From NCBI GenBank assembly GCA_045653745.1, contig JAZOMD010000021.1, forward strand, positions 1-47,300: a stretch of DNA of 47,300 nt, given 5' to 3'. The notes below the pieces were generated by a model. It saw only the letters and a list, made by a program, of their open reading frames with translations. It was not told the DNA's origin and ran no database searches. Numbering within the stretch: the stretch's first letter is position 1; each line of letters starts with the position of its first letter. The position numbers were made by a program, and so were the translations under genes. The stretch comes from Eubacteriales bacterium. Its GTDB lineage: Bacteria; Bacillota; Clostridia; Oscillospirales; CAG-272. Shown here in pieces: positions 46,640 to 47,300 of this stretch.

Positions 46640-47300
46640 ACGAAAACCACGCGATAGTCGCGTGGTTCCAAAAAGGTTAACCGATGAGAAAAATCCTCCG
46701 TTTGTGATATAATAGAATTGACCTGCCAGTCGAAACTAAAAAACACAAACGGAGGATTATCTATGAAAAAAGAGAGCATAGACAATAATATTTTAGCACA
46801 TACATCGTGGAATTGCAAGTACCATATAGTTTTAGCACCAAAGTACAGACGAAAGGTGTTTTTTGAGGGAAAACGATTGGAAATTAGAGAGATGCTGAGA
46901 AAGTTGTGTCAGTGGAAGGGGGTGGAGATAATAGAGGGAGAAGTGTGCCCGGACCACATACATATGTTAGTGAGCATCCCGCCCAAAATGAGTGTTTCGG
47001 GATTTATGGGATATTTGAAAGGCAAAAGCGCATTGATGATTTTTCAAAGATGGGGGAACATGAAATTCGCATACCGAAACCGCGAGTTTTGGTGCAAGGG
47101 ATATTACGTAGATACCGTGGGTAAAAACACGAAAGCGATAAAAGAATATATAGCCGACCAGCTAAAGCAAGATAAAGAAAGTGATCAAATAGCAATGTTT
47201 GACCCACGGGACCCATTTATGGGTAGTAAGTAACAATTGCATGGCTGGCAGGCCAATCTAAAACGCACTTGTGCGTTGCCAGTAACAGTTAGGGCTATGC
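46640..47300 (+). mobile_element. IS200/IS605-family insertion sequence (left end approximate; right end at or beyond window edge)
   Basis: Subterminal hairpin AACCACGCGA-TAG-TCGCGTGGTT (46645-46667). A 15-bp inverted repeat covers the RBS (46692-46706 with 46744-46758). Contains a Y1 transposase gene and 3' hairpins (AACGCA-CTTG-TGCGTT, 47264-47279). Confidence 0.8.
46763..47233 (+). CDS. tnpA: IS200/IS605-family Y1 (HUH) transposase TnpA
   Basis: WNCKYHIVLAPKYRRKVF, HUH motif PDHIHMLVSIPP and catalytic Tyr region WCKGYYVDTVG. GGAGG RBS before the ATG at 46763. Confidence 0.92.
   Translation: MKKESIDNNILAHTSWNCKYHIVLAPKYRRKVFFEGKRLEIREMLRKLCQWKGVEIIEGEVCPDHIHMLVSIPPKMSVSGFMGYLKGKSALMIFQRWGNMKFAYRNREFWCKGYYVDTVGKNTKAIKEYIADQLKQDKESDQIAMFDPRDPFMGSK

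Noticed and set aside
1-47300. CRISPR arrays, tandem repeats, prophage or defence-island gene content.
   Set aside because: Reading through the window showed no regularly spaced direct repeats. No phage structural, integrase, restriction-modification, Cas or other defence-type proteins appear among the ORF translations. The only mobile DNA is the IS200 element at the 3' end.

Overview
This window looks like core chromosome from an endospore-forming Firmicute with Clostridia-like gene content. Nearly every gap between genes is explained by an sigma-A-type promoter, an intrinsic terminator or an RNA gene.

Genes in order:
- uppP (5' truncated), ung, an S1-domain protein, a solitary mazF/endoA-type toxin, an NCS2 purine permease and a DUF378 protein.
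- Pro-sigma-K, an atypical OmpR-type regulator and an SDR reductase.
- The classic Firmicute block of SRP RNA, dnaX, ybaB and recR.
- spo0A, divergent from GTP-dependent PEP carboxykinase.
- ylbJ, divergent from yqfC-yqfD-phoH-ybeY-era-recO, followed by mutS2.
- tRNA-Leu, two poorly characterised proteins (a PDT/ACT-like protein and a TSCPD protein), phosphoglucomutase, lepA, hemW and a DUF1292 protein.
- A roughly 210-nt rod-shaped RNA that I interpret as 6S RNA, then a Ca-type P-type ATPase and tRNA-Arg/tRNA-His.
- A clpC-like gene preceded by a three-gene operon encoding a SleC-like cortex-lytic enzyme and peptidoglycan-binding proteins.
- prs, rrf2-lgt-folD, rpsU, pdaA, a DUF624 membrane protein, a GNAT acetyltransferase, a D-Ala-D-Ala carboxypeptidase, pgi and a 133-aa P-loop protein.
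- An IS200/IS605-family tnpA element that runs off the 3' edge of the window.

I see no CRISPR array, prophage or recognisable multi-gene defence island, and I cannot support a claim of a wholly new system here.

The items most worth follow-up are:
- the unannotated 6S-like RNA;
- the MazF toxin with no adjacent antitoxin;
- the SleC-like operon, whose enzyme lacks a pre/pro region;
- a repeated GGTAAA motif and 15-bp palindrome upstream of spo0A;
- a pseudo-receiver regulator upstream of sigK;
- a perfect 14-bp palindrome in the prs leader.

All family assignments come from reading motifs in the translations. No database search was run.
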